Part shown: positions 8,727-18,508 of the stretch, in pieces
How the letters are laid out: every line of letters starts with the position of its first letter
How positions within the stretch are numbered: position 1 is the first letter of the stretch
Virus record (IMG/VR): IMGVR_UViG_3300042292_001176
Span: 1-54,059 of that record
Source of the DNA: a virus
Taxonomy: Duplodnaviria; Caudoviricetes
Reading direction: 5' to 3' (one strand)
Length of the DNA: 54,059 nucleotides
Notes under the pieces: generated by a model
What the model saw: the letters and a program-made list of their open reading frames with translations, nothing else
What the model was told of the DNA's origin: nothing
Databases searched by the model: none
Translations under genes and position numbers: made by a program

Positions 8727-9135
8727 GCCCAAGGAACAGATCGAGAACGGCGAGGACGTGATCCGTTCGATGTTCTCGATCGACGGGGCGGCTGCGGCCA
8801 TCAGGCGATCGGGATTCGACATCGAGGAGGAGTTCGCGATGTACATCGACATCGCCCGCAACTCGCTCGAGGACAACACGAGACTTGCCGCCCTGCAAAG
8901 ATTGCATAGGCGTACACGAGAAATTGCGGAAGTGAACGGCATGATCTCGACCGGATCGGTTAGAATGGTATCCCATGAAGAAGACGGAACCCTCATCGAG
9001 CAGACCCGCTCAGAATCCCGGCTCCTCTCCCAGGTCCGAGGATTCAACCTCCCCGGCAATTCGGGGATCGCGAAACGGGTCCTTCCACCCGCAGACCCTG
9101 GATCATCTGGAGCAGCGCCTGCAGCAGATGCGTAA
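8719..9135 (+). CDS. hypothetical protein, terminase small subunit candidate
   Basis: GAGG RBS; helical N-terminal part, RLAAL motif, position upstream of terL; function inferred from position only. Confidence 0.4.
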   Translation: MSKPKEQIENGEDVIRSMFSIDGAAAAIRRSGFDIEEEFAMYIDIARNSLEDNTRLAALQRLHRRTREIAEVNGMISTGSVRMVSHEEDGTLIEQTRSESRLLSQVRGFNLPGNSGIAKRVLPPADPGSSGAAPAADA

Positions 9136-9418
9136 CGAGGACTTCGCTTCGTGGGGGGCGATTCCGCTGGAGGACATCGGCATCATCGAGCTTGACCGCG
9201 TGGTTGGACGGGCGTCCGACTTCGGACGCGAGATCCGCAATGAACTCTGCGTCTCCGACGGGTCCCGGCTCAAGGAGAAGTGGCGCGAGGTGGCTTCCCG
9301 CCTCTGGGTCCATTCCCCCGCCGCCGTCAATCCCACCAACCTGTTTGCGGCGCTCTGCTTCCTGGCGTCATCGCAGCTCTACGCAGAGGGGGCCATCCGT
9401 GCCTCGGGCCCCCAGTAG
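9128..9418 (+). CDS. hypothetical protein
   Basis: ATG overlapping the previous stop region; start uncertain. Confidence 0.55.
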   Translation: MRNEDFASWGAIPLEDIGIIELDRVVGRASDFGREIRNELCVSDGSRLKEKWREVASRLWVHSPAAVNPTNLFAALCFLASSQLYAEGAIRASGPQ

Positions 9419-9623
9419 GACCCTGAGGGTCGACGAGCAAACCCATCGGGATCTGCGGTCGCTCTGCGCCAAGTACAGCGATTCCACCGGTCGTTACCAC
9501 AGTCTCGCCGACATGGTCCGCATCGGGCTGACACTATCAACCATTGATCTCGAGAGGAGGGAACATGCCCGTGGGAGACATCGAACACCGCCTGGAAGTG
9601 ATGAGGGAGTACTACCCGTCTGA
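9399..9623 (+). CDS. ribbon-helix-helix-like DNA-binding protein
   Basis: GTG start after GAGGGG; RTLRVDEQTHRDLRSLC...SLADMVRIGL pattern. Confidence 0.5.
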   Translation: MPRAPSRTLRVDEQTHRDLRSLCAKYSDSTGRYHSLADMVRIGLTLSTIDLERREHARGRHRTPPGSDEGVLPV

Positions 9624-9954
9624 CGACCATTCGACCATCGACGAGGCCATCGAGACGATCAAGCGTCTCCGCCAGATGATCCGAAAGGTCTCGTACGTTC
9701 CCGCCATCAAGGAAGAGATCGAGAACATCAACCCGGCCGCGATGTTCATCGACGGCATGGACGACGCCATCATCGGCTACGCGATTCAGTGGGGGTCTCC
9801 CGCCCTGGTCGTGTACGACGCCGAGCGCATCATCGAGATCCTGTCGAAGGACATGGGCTACGAGGACGCCTCCGAGTTCTTCAGCTTCAACATCGAGTGC
9901 GCCTACGTCGGCCCCGGGACTCCGCTGATCCTGTACCGGCCGGAGCCCGAGTGA
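9565..9954 (+). CDS. conserved phage hypothetical protein
   Basis: DGMDDAIIG...VYD...EFFSFNIECAYVGPGTP motif typical of environmental phages; GGAGG RBS. Confidence 0.75.
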   Translation: MPVGDIEHRLEVMREYYPSDDHSTIDEAIETIKRLRQMIRKVSYVPAIKEEIENINPAAMFIDGMDDAIIGYAIQWGSPALVVYDAERIIEILSKDMGYEDASEFFSFNIECAYVGPGTPLILYRPEPE

Positions 9955-11915
9955 TGGAGATCAAGCGGATCCAGAGCCGGGAGCAAGGCAACGACAACTA
10001 CCCGCTACCGCCGGACTACGACACCCTCACCAAGGATGGTCAGCGTCTGGCTCGGGTCAACGCTTGCCGCCAGTGGCTTCTTCACGAGGACGATCTCGAG
10101 GTCCGTGGCAACAACCTCGTGGCTTCCGTGTGGTGGTTCGACCGCTACTACCTCTGGCCCGATGACGACGCCGACTTCAACCCGCTCTTCTACGACGACA
10201 CGCCCCTGGAGACCCCGGACTTCCACTGGGTGCTGCTGCGGCAGTGGGCCTCGTACCGCTTGACGGCGGCCGTCGCTCCCCGTGGTTCCGCGAAATCCTA
10301 CCTGAACTGCAAGGACATGCTGCTCCGCCTGATCACGCGGCCGGCCTACTCCTTCGTGTACGCGACCTCCACGCACCCGAACGCGCGCGAGGTCGGTGAG
10401 CGCATCAAGCGCCAGCTGATTCACAACCAGCGGATCCACGACGACTTCTCACCCGAGTTCGATGGGCGCATCGTTCCACGCCGCGGCGAAGGCTCCTTCA
10501 GCACCGAGCACATGATCCTCAACAACGGGTCCTGGCTCCGGCTCCTGAGTGCCTCGTCGAAGCAGCGTGGTGGCCGTCCCCGTCGCTACCGGCTGGACGA
10601 CCCCGAGTACGATCCCAAGTCCTCGACTCCGATGTCGGTGCTCCGCGCCTACATGGACGAGCTCCTCTTCAAGATCGTGATCCCGATGGTCACGCGCCCT
10701 GACACCGGCGTGGACTGGGTCGGCACGTTCGTGTCGAAGCGCCACTACCTGTGGCATGCGATGCAGACCGAAGACACCCCCGAAGGCCTTCTTGCCAAGG
10801 ACGCCCGCTTCAACCGCTGGGCCCGTCTCGTGATCCCCGCTGCGATCGAGGACGATGGCAAGCTGATGTCGTGCTGGCCGGACATGTGGCCCACCTCCCG
10901 GGAGGAGCGTCTCGAGAAAGCCAAGACCCGCCCCCGCTTCAAGGAGGCCCTGTCGCTGGAGGAGATCCGCGAGACCATCGGTAGCTCCAACTTCGCCTCC
11001 GAGTACATGGCGTCCCCCGGCGACGGCACCGACTCGTTCTTCGGCGAACTCGACCAGCAGAAGCACGGCTGGTGGTACGAGGAGATCGACGACCATCTCG
11101 ATCAGCCGCTGTCCTCCACTACGCACATCTGCTGGTACGAGCGGAACGGCGAGAACCACGAGCTTCGGAGGATGCCGATCCAGGACTTCCTTAGGTCCTA
11201 CTGCCGCACCTTCATGACCTCGGACACCTCGCACACGTCCGGCAGCGACTCCGACTTCAAGGTCGTGTGCCTGATGGCCGTCACCCCGCAGAACGACCTG
11301 TTCGTCCTCGACCTCTGGGCCCGCCAGGGCCAGGAGTCTGAGCTGGTCCGGGCCACCTTCGAGATGGCCGACCGTTGGCGCTGCCCCACTGTACACCCCG
11401 AGGCCATCCGCCAGGGCGTCTCGCTCTACAACGCGCTCCAGTCCATCGTCTCCACCCGCGCCAACGACATGGCCGGCGTGGCCCACCTGCCCAAGATCGT
11501 CAAGCTGAACCCCGGCATGGCGGAGAAGCAGGACAAGATCGCCGGCCTCCAGTTCCGGTTCGAGCACGGCAAGATCAAGTTGCCCCTTTGGCGCCGGTCC
11601 CAGCTGCCGTGGCGCCACCTCTTCGACCAGGTGGAGTCGTTCAACCCCGAGGCCCAGGACGGCGGCCTTGAGAAGGACGACTGCATCGACGCCGTCGCCA
11701 TGTCCCAGTTCGTCCTGCGGGGCCGTCTGGCCAAGCCCCCAGGAGCCGCAGCCGACAAGAGCCTGTTCGAGCGCCTGCGGGACGGCGACTTCTTCGACAA
11801 CGGCCGGCACATCGGCGAAGGCCTCAATATCGACAGCCTGACCGCCCAGCAGATCCACGAGATCTTGGATGCACGAACCCCACACCCAACAACCACAAAG
11901 ACAAACAAGATCTGA
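9954..11915 (+). CDS. terL: terminase large subunit
   Basis: Walker A APRGSAKS, RGGRP...LDDPE Walker B, RNase H-like nuclease (SDTS...SD, DDCIDA). Confidence 0.9.
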   Translation: MEIKRIQSREQGNDNYPLPPDYDTLTKDGQRLARVNACRQWLLHEDDLEVRGNNLVASVWWFDRYYLWPDDDADFNPLFYDDTPLETPDFHWVLLRQWASYRLTAAVAPRGSAKSYLNCKDMLLRLITRPAYSFVYATSTHPNAREVGERIKRQLIHNQRIHDDFSPEFDGRIVPRRGEGSFSTEHMILNNGSWLRLLSASSKQRGGRPRRYRLDDPEYDPKSSTPMSVLRAYMDELLFKIVIPMVTRPDTGVDWVGTFVSKRHYLWHAMQTEDTPEGLLAKDARFNRWARLVIPAAIEDDGKLMSCWPDMWPTSREERLEKAKTRPRFKEALSLEEIRETIGSSNFASEYMASPGDGTDSFFGELDQQKHGWWYEEIDDHLDQPLSSTTHICWYERNGENHELRRMPIQDFLRSYCRTFMTSDTSHTSGSDSDFKVVCLMAVTPQNDLFVLDLWARQGQESELVRATFEMADRWRCPTVHPEAIRQGVSLYNALQSIVSTRANDMAGVAHLPKIVKLNPGMAEKQDKIAGLQFRFEHGKIKLPLWRRSQLPWRHLFDQVESFNPEAQDGGLEKDDCIDAVAMSQFVLRGRLAKPPGAAADKSLFERLRDGDFFDNGRHIGEGLNIDSLTAQQIHEILDARTPHPTTTKTNKI

Positions 11916-12372
11916 GAACACGGTCTCCCAGTCCCTGTTCGACGCGATGGCCCGCTGGTACTTCGGCGCTTCCGTCGAGAAGGAACCGCCGTTGGATCGC
12001 GGGGTGGGTCAGACCGTCACAATCTCCGATTCTTGGTTAGGGATCCTCTGCCTCTCCTACTACGGCAACGGTCCCCGGCATCCCTCCGTCCAGGTCCGCC
12101 CACTCGATTCAGTGGGGGTGGACACGCCGGCCCGTGATACCGTCGTGCAGTATGTTCCCGTCAAGGAATCCGTCCGCATGATCCCTGGTGGATATGCGGC
12201 CAAGAAGGCCCAGGTAAAACATGTCAACCGACCCGATCAAGCTGACCAAAGACCCGATGATGCTGGCTCGGATCATCGACGAGCACTGCGAACGGGAGCA
12301 GAACCGCCTGTCGTACCGCCGGGCGACGTGGCTGGTGGCCCTGTACTACATGATGGGGGCCCGTCAGTTTGA
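11869..12372 (+). CDS. hypothetical protein between terL and portal
   Basis: fills the 300 bp gap; overlaps terL by 47 nt and portal by 152 nt; weak internal repeat. Confidence 0.5.
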   Translation: MHEPHTQQPQRQTRSENTVSQSLFDAMARWYFGASVEKEPPLDRGVGQTVTISDSWLGILCLSYYGNGPRHPSVQVRPLDSVGVDTPARDTVVQYVPVKESVRMIPGGYAAKKAQVKHVNRPDQADQRPDDAGSDHRRALRTGAEPPVVPPGDVAGGPVLHDGGPSV

Positions 12373-14224
12373 TGTCTTCGATCCGGTCAGCGGCACCGTC
12401 CGCTACTCGTACCTCGACGACGAGGAGAAGATGGAGTTCCAGTCCTCGGAGCTCCTGAGCGCGGTCGACAAGATCTCCGGCCGCCTGTCTTCGCTGGACT
12501 ACAGGCCGCTGGTGCAGCGCGTCGGGTCCTCGCTGAGCTCGATCCGCCAGCGGTCGATCGCGCAGATCATGCTGGACCAGGTGGTCTCGGAGCACCAGCT
12601 CCAGCGCGTGGTCCCGCAGTTCAATCACATCTTCGCGCTCCTGGGCTCCTGCGGCATCACCGGCCACATGGTCAACCACCCCACGGTAGGCATGACCGCC
12701 GACCTTGAGGTCGTGCACCCGATGGAGTTGTTCCCGTTCCCGAGCCTGACCCAGGACTACACGAAGCAGCGCGGCCTCCTGCGCCAGCGCATGGTCTCCA
12801 TGGAGTACCTGAAGGACGTGTTCGGCCCGAAGGTGACCCGCAACAAGGACCGCCTGGAGTACTTCACGATCAAGCCGGGCGAGACCTTCGAGCAGCAGAC
12901 CGCCAACGAGTACACCATGGGTTCCAACGTGGAGTACTCCGACAGCAAGGTCGTGGGCTCGGATCCGAAGTACGACGCGATCGAGGTCGTCAAGGTCCGC
13001 GAGCTCTGGCTCAAGGGACCCCGCGACACCGTGACCCGCTACGTCGTGACGAGCGGCGAGTACGTGATCCACGACGAGGACCTGGAGGGCCGGGAGGTCT
13101 ACTGCCCGATTGGGTTCGCCAGGTTCATGGAGAACGGCACGTTCCACGGCGCCGGTGTCTTCGACCTGCTGTTCCCGCTGTGCCGCGAAGCCGAGAAGCT
13201 TCAGAAGCAGCTCTTCAAGAACGTGCACGACATCGACCGTTACGGCGTCCTCGTGCTGCCGCACGGCTCGTTCAACGCGAACACGATGCTGCGCGACGTG
13301 GGCAAGGGGCTCCGGGTGTTCCCGTGGGAACCGGATCCGATCAGCGAGGGCTTCCGTCCCTTCAACATCACGCCGTTCAACTCCGGCGACGTGCCCGGCA
13401 AGATCAGCGCATTCGCGGTCCAGCAGATCGACCGCCTCAACCCGATCCGCGATCTGATCGCGGAGAAGGGCCGCGTCGACTCCGCCACGGGCCTGCAGTT
13501 CCTGGACGAGCAGGTGAACCGCGCCATGAACACCCCCACTGCCGGTGTGCAGCAGGCGTGGGGCGATTGCTACCGGGCGGTGCTGGCCGGCACGGTGCGC
13601 GAGGTTGTGTTCAGCCCGAAGACGTTCACGGTGGACCAGCTGACCCTGGACCTCGCGGGCGTCGTGGTTGACCCCGAGACCATGGCCGTCAGCTTCGAGC
13701 AGAATCCGCTGCCGTCGCTCGGGCAGCTGTCGTTCAAGATCAAGGACATCAACCCCCGGAGCAAGGTGGCCCGCAAGCAGGAGGCCCTCCAGCTCCAGCA
13801 GCAGTTCCAGATCGACCCGGACACCTTCATGCTCTTTGCGCTGAAGGAGGGCCTGGACTTCGCGATGTGGACCGACGAGCACCAGTCGGCCTACGAGTCG
13901 GTTGTGCGGAACTGCCTGCTCCTGTACGGTGACGGCAAGAGCCCGGGGCAGGTGGTGCTGACGCCGCAGACCACGAAGCCCGAGATGCAGATCCGGGTGC
14001 TCAACTCCTTCATGGCGGGACCGACGATGGCGGTTGCATCGGCCGAGGTGCAGAACGCCTTCATCGAGTACCACAAGACGCTGATGAGCTTTATGGGCTT
14101 GGTACTTCCGAACGCCCTTCCCAATCCAGACGATATGGCTATGCTGGGGCGGCTGGATCAGCAGATGGCCCAGCTCCAGGGGATGCAGCAGCAGGCTCCT
14201 GGCCCACAGATGCAAGGGATGTAA
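12221..14224 (+). CDS. portal protein
   Basis: 667 aa after terL; KGRVDSATGLQFLDEQ (portal-type SG.A...L.E motif); Q/M-rich tail. Confidence 0.8.
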   Translation: MSTDPIKLTKDPMMLARIIDEHCEREQNRLSYRRATWLVALYYMMGARQFDVFDPVSGTVRYSYLDDEEKMEFQSSELLSAVDKISGRLSSLDYRPLVQRVGSSLSSIRQRSIAQIMLDQVVSEHQLQRVVPQFNHIFALLGSCGITGHMVNHPTVGMTADLEVVHPMELFPFPSLTQDYTKQRGLLRQRMVSMEYLKDVFGPKVTRNKDRLEYFTIKPGETFEQQTANEYTMGSNVEYSDSKVVGSDPKYDAIEVVKVRELWLKGPRDTVTRYVVTSGEYVIHDEDLEGREVYCPIGFARFMENGTFHGAGVFDLLFPLCREAEKLQKQLFKNVHDIDRYGVLVLPHGSFNANTMLRDVGKGLRVFPWEPDPISEGFRPFNITPFNSGDVPGKISAFAVQQIDRLNPIRDLIAEKGRVDSATGLQFLDEQVNRAMNTPTAGVQQAWGDCYRAVLAGTVREVVFSPKTFTVDQLTLDLAGVVVDPETMAVSFEQNPLPSLGQLSFKIKDINPRSKVARKQEALQLQQQFQIDPDTFMLFALKEGLDFAMWTDEHQSAYESVVRNCLLLYGDGKSPGQVVLTPQTTKPEMQIRVLNSFMAGPTMAVASAEVQNAFIEYHKTLMSFMGLVLPNALPNPDDMAMLGRLDQQMAQLQGMQQQAPGPQMQGM

Positions 14225-15133
14225 ATGGACCCCACGACGAAGATCACGCTCGAAGACGGAACCGAGGTCACGCTGGCGGATCTCATGCAGAACCGGAAGG
14301 ACCTGCAGGAGGCCGTCGAGATCAACGACACCCTGCAGAAGGATCTGCAGGAGGTCGGCGTCTTGTTCCAGGCGGGCATCACCCAGGACCGCCGCGAGAA
14401 CGCAATCCGCAACGTGCTCGAGAACCTGGGCTACGAAGACGAACAGATCGGCAAGTACCTGGAGGCCACCCGCCAGGCACCCACCCCGAAACCGGAACCG
14501 GAGGAAGTCGAGGAGATCGAGCTTCCCGACCTGCCGGACGAGAACGACGACATCGAAGATTCCAGTGGGGGTGAACAAGAGGACACCATGACCGCAGAAC
14601 GTGAACAGATCCTTCGGCAGGAGCTCGAGGCCCAGCGGGCTGAGCTCCACAAGATGCGGGTGCGCGAGCTCCGCGAAAACCTGAACCGCCAACTGGATAC
14701 CGCGTTGAAAAGCAATGCGGACTTCCAGAGGCTTATCGAGAGCGCCCGCAGTACTCGGGGCGACGAAGGCGTGAAGCAGGCAGAGCAGACGCTTCGAGCA
14801 CAACTCGAGCAGCGCGCTCTGGAGCGCATGCAGGCTCGTCGTGCCACTGCGGGAACCTTCGAGGACTCATGGATGTCCGAGGAGGTCGAGAAGGCAGTAG
14901 AGCCCGTCGTGGGCACATTCCGGTCGGTAATCGGCGACATCGACAAGCTCGGTCGGTCGTCGGAAACGGTCACTGGACTCGACGCGCAGGAGATTCTGCG
15001 CTCCAAGCCAATCCCCGCTCCAGAGTACAAGGCTGGGATGTCCTTGACCGACGTTGAGTCGGATGTCAAGGCATTCGCCTCGGACACCATCAAGCGGGCC
15101 TTGGCGTCGTCTCCCGGTGAATCCGCAATCTGA
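14225..15133 (+). CDS. capsid scaffolding protein
   Basis: acidic coiled-coil, DGTEVTLADL N-terminus, located between portal and capsid. Confidence 0.7.
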   Translation: MDPTTKITLEDGTEVTLADLMQNRKDLQEAVEINDTLQKDLQEVGVLFQAGITQDRRENAIRNVLENLGYEDEQIGKYLEATRQAPTPKPEPEEVEEIELPDLPDENDDIEDSSGGEQEDTMTAEREQILRQELEAQRAELHKMRVRELRENLNRQLDTALKSNADFQRLIESARSTRGDEGVKQAEQTLRAQLEQRALERMQARRATAGTFEDSWMSEEVEKAVEPVVGTFRSVIGDIDKLGRSSETVTGLDAQEILRSKPIPAPEYKAGMSLTDVESDVKAFASDTIKRALASSPGESAI

Positions 15134-15150
15134 AATAAAGGGCAACACAC

Positions 15151-16824
15151 ATGCCATTCGCAACAACCGGCTCGATCTTCGACCGGCAGTCCAACCGCAT
15201 TCAGGAAGTCCTCAACAAGTCCCTCAAGGTGTTCCTTGCGGGCCTCGACCCGGTCTGGCGTGACAGCGTCGTCACCAGCCAGGGCGTCGGCAACTCCGGC
15301 GACATGGGACGTGACCTCAAGATCACCAAGCTCTTCATGGGCAGCCTGACCGGCGTCATCGATCCGGGTCGTCCATACGGCGAGCAGGATCTCTACGGTG
15401 ACACCACGACCTCGCTCGGCCAGCTGATGCACACCCAGAACACGAACCAGGCGTACCCGAGCCCGCGCGAGGGTCCGAACGCCACCGCGTACCGGCTTGC
15501 GATTCCGATGAAGTCGCTCGTCACCAACCTGATGATCACCCTCGGTGAGAAGCAGGCTGACGCGACCCCGGCGCTCATCGATCAGGTCGTCGCCCCGAAG
15601 CTGACGGCGTTCGCCCGCAACATGGCGCACACCCTCTGCAACTACTGGTACCTGAGCCAGAACAGCTCGTACCGGCTCTGCACCACCTCGAACGCCGAAG
15701 TGATCCGAGTCGCGAGTGCGGGAAACGTGGCGACCCACTGGAAGATCCGCTTCAATCCGGCGAACTTCGAGACCCACCGGTTCACCCGTGGCCAGCGCGT
15801 GGACCTCATCGTTCCGGCGACTGGCGTCCGCTCCAATGATTCCACCGGAACCATCGGTTCTCAGACCCGCACCAGCCGTCGTCAGCTGATCGTGGAGAAC
15901 GTGGATGCGCTGCAGAACCGCGTCACCCTTGTCACCCCCAACGATGTCTACACCGATTTCTTCGACAAGTCTGCTTCGCCGGCGGCGGTCGGCTCGGGCG
16001 CAGTTCCGACCAGCTGGACGGCAGAGACCGACTTTGACTCGATGGCGGTCGTGTACGCGAACACCACGATCAACGGCAGCAATGCCGGATCGAACACGTT
16101 CTCGGGCATCGCCGGCATCAACAGCTGGCTCAAGAACGGCAACGAGACCAATACGGACGGAGCCAAGCTGCTGGGCGCAGAGGCTGACTCGGTCGACTTC
16201 ATCGACGTGAACGAGCGTCCGGAGTTCAAGAGCTTCAAGTACGACGTGGCCGGCGTGCTCACGGAGTACAACCTCAAGCGCTACCTCCAGCGCGTTCACT
16301 CGGCGTTCGAGCCGAACGGCAACACCATCGACACGCTCATCGCCAGCGAGGGCGTGTGGACGGCGTACGAGGCGCAGAAGATCGGTCAGTACCGCATCGA
16401 CCGCACCAACCGCGCTGCCTCGATCACCAACGAGGGCCAGGCCGACGGCTTCAGCTTCAGCTTCGAGGGCAAGACCTACAAGGGTTCGACCTCGCGCTAC
16501 GTCGAGGGCGGCACCCTCTACGGCATCAAGCTGGGCGGCAAGAACTGGAAGAAGTACATCCCGCCGAGCCCGGCTGGACTGTCCAAGATGAGCCAGGCGG
16601 ACGCCTACGTTCCGTTCGAGTTCGTCGCGGGCGCCATCACCGGCACCAGCACCAACCAGCTGCCGATGTTCGCCATCAGCGGCTCTGACAACCTGGTGAC
16701 CCAGGCCAGCCAGATGCCGGGCCGCATCCGCATGCAGCTCGTCCCCGATCAGGTCAACGGCATGAAGCTCGTTGGCATCACGGAGGATCGCGTGTACATG
16801 CCGACCTCCGGCAACATCGCCTGA
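15151..16824 (+). CDS. major capsid protein
   Basis: follows scaffold, strongly biased codons, followed by a terminator; 557 aa suggests an insertion domain. Confidence 0.75.
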   Translation: MPFATTGSIFDRQSNRIQEVLNKSLKVFLAGLDPVWRDSVVTSQGVGNSGDMGRDLKITKLFMGSLTGVIDPGRPYGEQDLYGDTTTSLGQLMHTQNTNQAYPSPREGPNATAYRLAIPMKSLVTNLMITLGEKQADATPALIDQVVAPKLTAFARNMAHTLCNYWYLSQNSSYRLCTTSNAEVIRVASAGNVATHWKIRFNPANFETHRFTRGQRVDLIVPATGVRSNDSTGTIGSQTRTSRRQLIVENVDALQNRVTLVTPNDVYTDFFDKSASPAAVGSGAVPTSWTAETDFDSMAVVYANTTINGSNAGSNTFSGIAGINSWLKNGNETNTDGAKLLGAEADSVDFIDVNERPEFKSFKYDVAGVLTEYNLKRYLQRVHSAFEPNGNTIDTLIASEGVWTAYEAQKIGQYRIDRTNRAASITNEGQADGFSFSFEGKTYKGSTSRYVEGGTLYGIKLGGKNWKKYIPPSPAGLSKMSQADAYVPFEFVAGAITGTSTNQLPMFAISGSDNLVTQASQMPGRIRMQLVPDQVNGMKLVGITEDRVYMPTSGNIA

Positions 16825-16845
16825 TCCTGAGCCAGACGGTACAAT

Positions 16846-16881
16846 GGGGCCATCCCGTAAATGGGGTGGCCCCTATTCTTT
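16846..16881 (+). terminator. intrinsic terminator after the capsid gene
   Basis: GGGGCCATCCC / GGGGTGGCCCC stem plus TATTCTTT. Confidence 0.75.
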
Positions 16882-16891
16882 GGAGTGAACC

Positions 16892-17443
16892 ATGTCGATG
16901 TCGGAAGCTGAGATTTCGGCGGCTCTACTGTTCGGAACCGAGATGTCGGCCGAGCGGTTCGAGTTGGTACCCCCGTGCCCCTGGCTGTCGGCCCTGAAGC
17001 AGAAGACAGGGATGGACGACCTGTTCGTGTACCGGCACCGCAAGACCGGGAAGTTCGGTCTGGCGCAGTGGTCGATCAAGCCGAAGGTGTTCGGTCAGGG
17101 AATGGCGGTGGCCACTGAGCTCTGCATCTTCTCCGGTCCTCCAGGACAGAACCCGCCGGATCTTCCGGAGATGGAGTGGCTGCTGTGGCGCTGCAAGCCG
17201 GAGGCGGAGATGATTGACGAGATGAAGCGCAACCGGCTTAAGAAGTACAGTGACAAGCAGTCGGCGCTGCTGGATCGGAAGACCATGCTGGATGACATGG
17301 AGAAGGTGCTTCGGACCAGGGGACTGGACGAGGCCGCTGACAAACTGAGTCTTGAGGATGTACCGGACGAGGGACCCGAGCTGGACCAGATGCGCGAACT
17401 GCTGACCTGGGCCGCTTCCGGCAAGATCATCTCCACGAGCTGA
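16892..17443 (+). CDS. hypothetical protein
   Basis: GGAG RBS; 183 aa ORF. Confidence 0.7.
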   Translation: MSMSEAEISAALLFGTEMSAERFELVPPCPWLSALKQKTGMDDLFVYRHRKTGKFGLAQWSIKPKVFGQGMAVATELCIFSGPPGQNPPDLPEMEWLLWRCKPEAEMIDEMKRNRLKKYSDKQSALLDRKTMLDDMEKVLRTRGLDEAADKLSLEDVPDEGPELDQMRELLTWAASGKIISTS

Positions 17444-17446
17444 ACC

Positions 17447-18508
17447 ATGCACTCATCAGGCTCCATCATCAAGACGTACTGCGAGAAGGTCCGGCATTAC
17501 CTCGACGATCCGGATCTCGACGCCAAGTACGACGACAACTACCTGGTGCGGTTCTTCCTGCCGAGCGCGATGACCGACGTGATGTCGCGCGTCTCGCAGA
17601 TGTCGGAAGCCCAGATCCTTTCGTCCTTCGACATCACGGTCACCCCCGGAACAACGCACTACCGGCTCCCGCCAGCGGTCGCGCAGGTCATCCGCATCGG
17701 AGTCGTGGAAGCGGTCACCGGTCTGTTCGTGGAGGACCTCCGGCCCCGAAACCAGTTCAACCTGCATGGTCCGAACTGGTCCATCCAGGGCAACGCCATC
17801 GTGTTCCAGCCGGCCATTGATTCGACCCGGACATTCACGGTGGTGTTCGTGCCGAGCGGCGACGTGATGTGCCACTACTGTTCGACGCTCACGGGTTCCC
17901 TGAACTCGAACGGCACGTTCACGATGGACACGACGCCGACGCTCGGCAGCATCGACAAGCGCCCGAACTCCTACCAGGGTTGCTACGTCCGCGTGTTCGG
18001 CAACGTGACCGACGAAATCACCATCCGCAACCACGACTCCACCCTGCAGGTGCTGACGCCCAACATCGCGTTCCTCAACGCAGCTGGCCTCTACAGCTAC
18101 GAGGTGGTTCCGTTCCTGCTGGAACCGATGATCGACGCGGTCTCAATCAGCGCGGCCATGCGCGCGGGCGTGGGCCGCAAGATCAACCAGGCCCACATGC
18201 AGTCGTTGATGCTGGCGTACAAGCAGGCGATCAAAACGTCGCACGACACGCTGGCCAACATGAATGGCCGCACCGGCAAGTACTTCGCCAGCCCGACCAT
18301 CGACACCCATCCGGCCTTCTACGTCGGACCTGCTGCCGCCACCAGCACACCCACGATCGGCGGCGGAGTCGGAGGCACTGCGGCCTGCGACTGCGAGGAC
18401 GTGGCCAGCCAGACCACCCAGGCCCAGATCCTCGCGCTCCTCGAAAGCCTCGAGACCAACGTGGAAGCTTTGGCGACCGGGGGAATCGACGGAGGAACCT
18501 GGAGCTAA
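17447..18508 (+). CDS. head-tail adaptor / tail tubular A-like protein
   Basis: KVRHYLDD...Y.D..L N-terminus and G...Y.LP motif; C-terminal IDGGTW. Confidence 0.6.
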   Translation: MHSSGSIIKTYCEKVRHYLDDPDLDAKYDDNYLVRFFLPSAMTDVMSRVSQMSEAQILSSFDITVTPGTTHYRLPPAVAQVIRIGVVEAVTGLFVEDLRPRNQFNLHGPNWSIQGNAIVFQPAIDSTRTFTVVFVPSGDVMCHYCSTLTGSLNSNGTFTMDTTPTLGSIDKRPNSYQGCYVRVFGNVTDEITIRNHDSTLQVLTPNIAFLNAAGLYSYEVVPFLLEPMIDAVSISAAMRAGVGRKINQAHMQSLMLAYKQAIKTSHDTLANMNGRTGKYFASPTIDTHPAFYVGPAAATSTPTIGGGVGGTAACDCEDVASQTTQAQILALLESLETNVEALATGGIDGGTWS

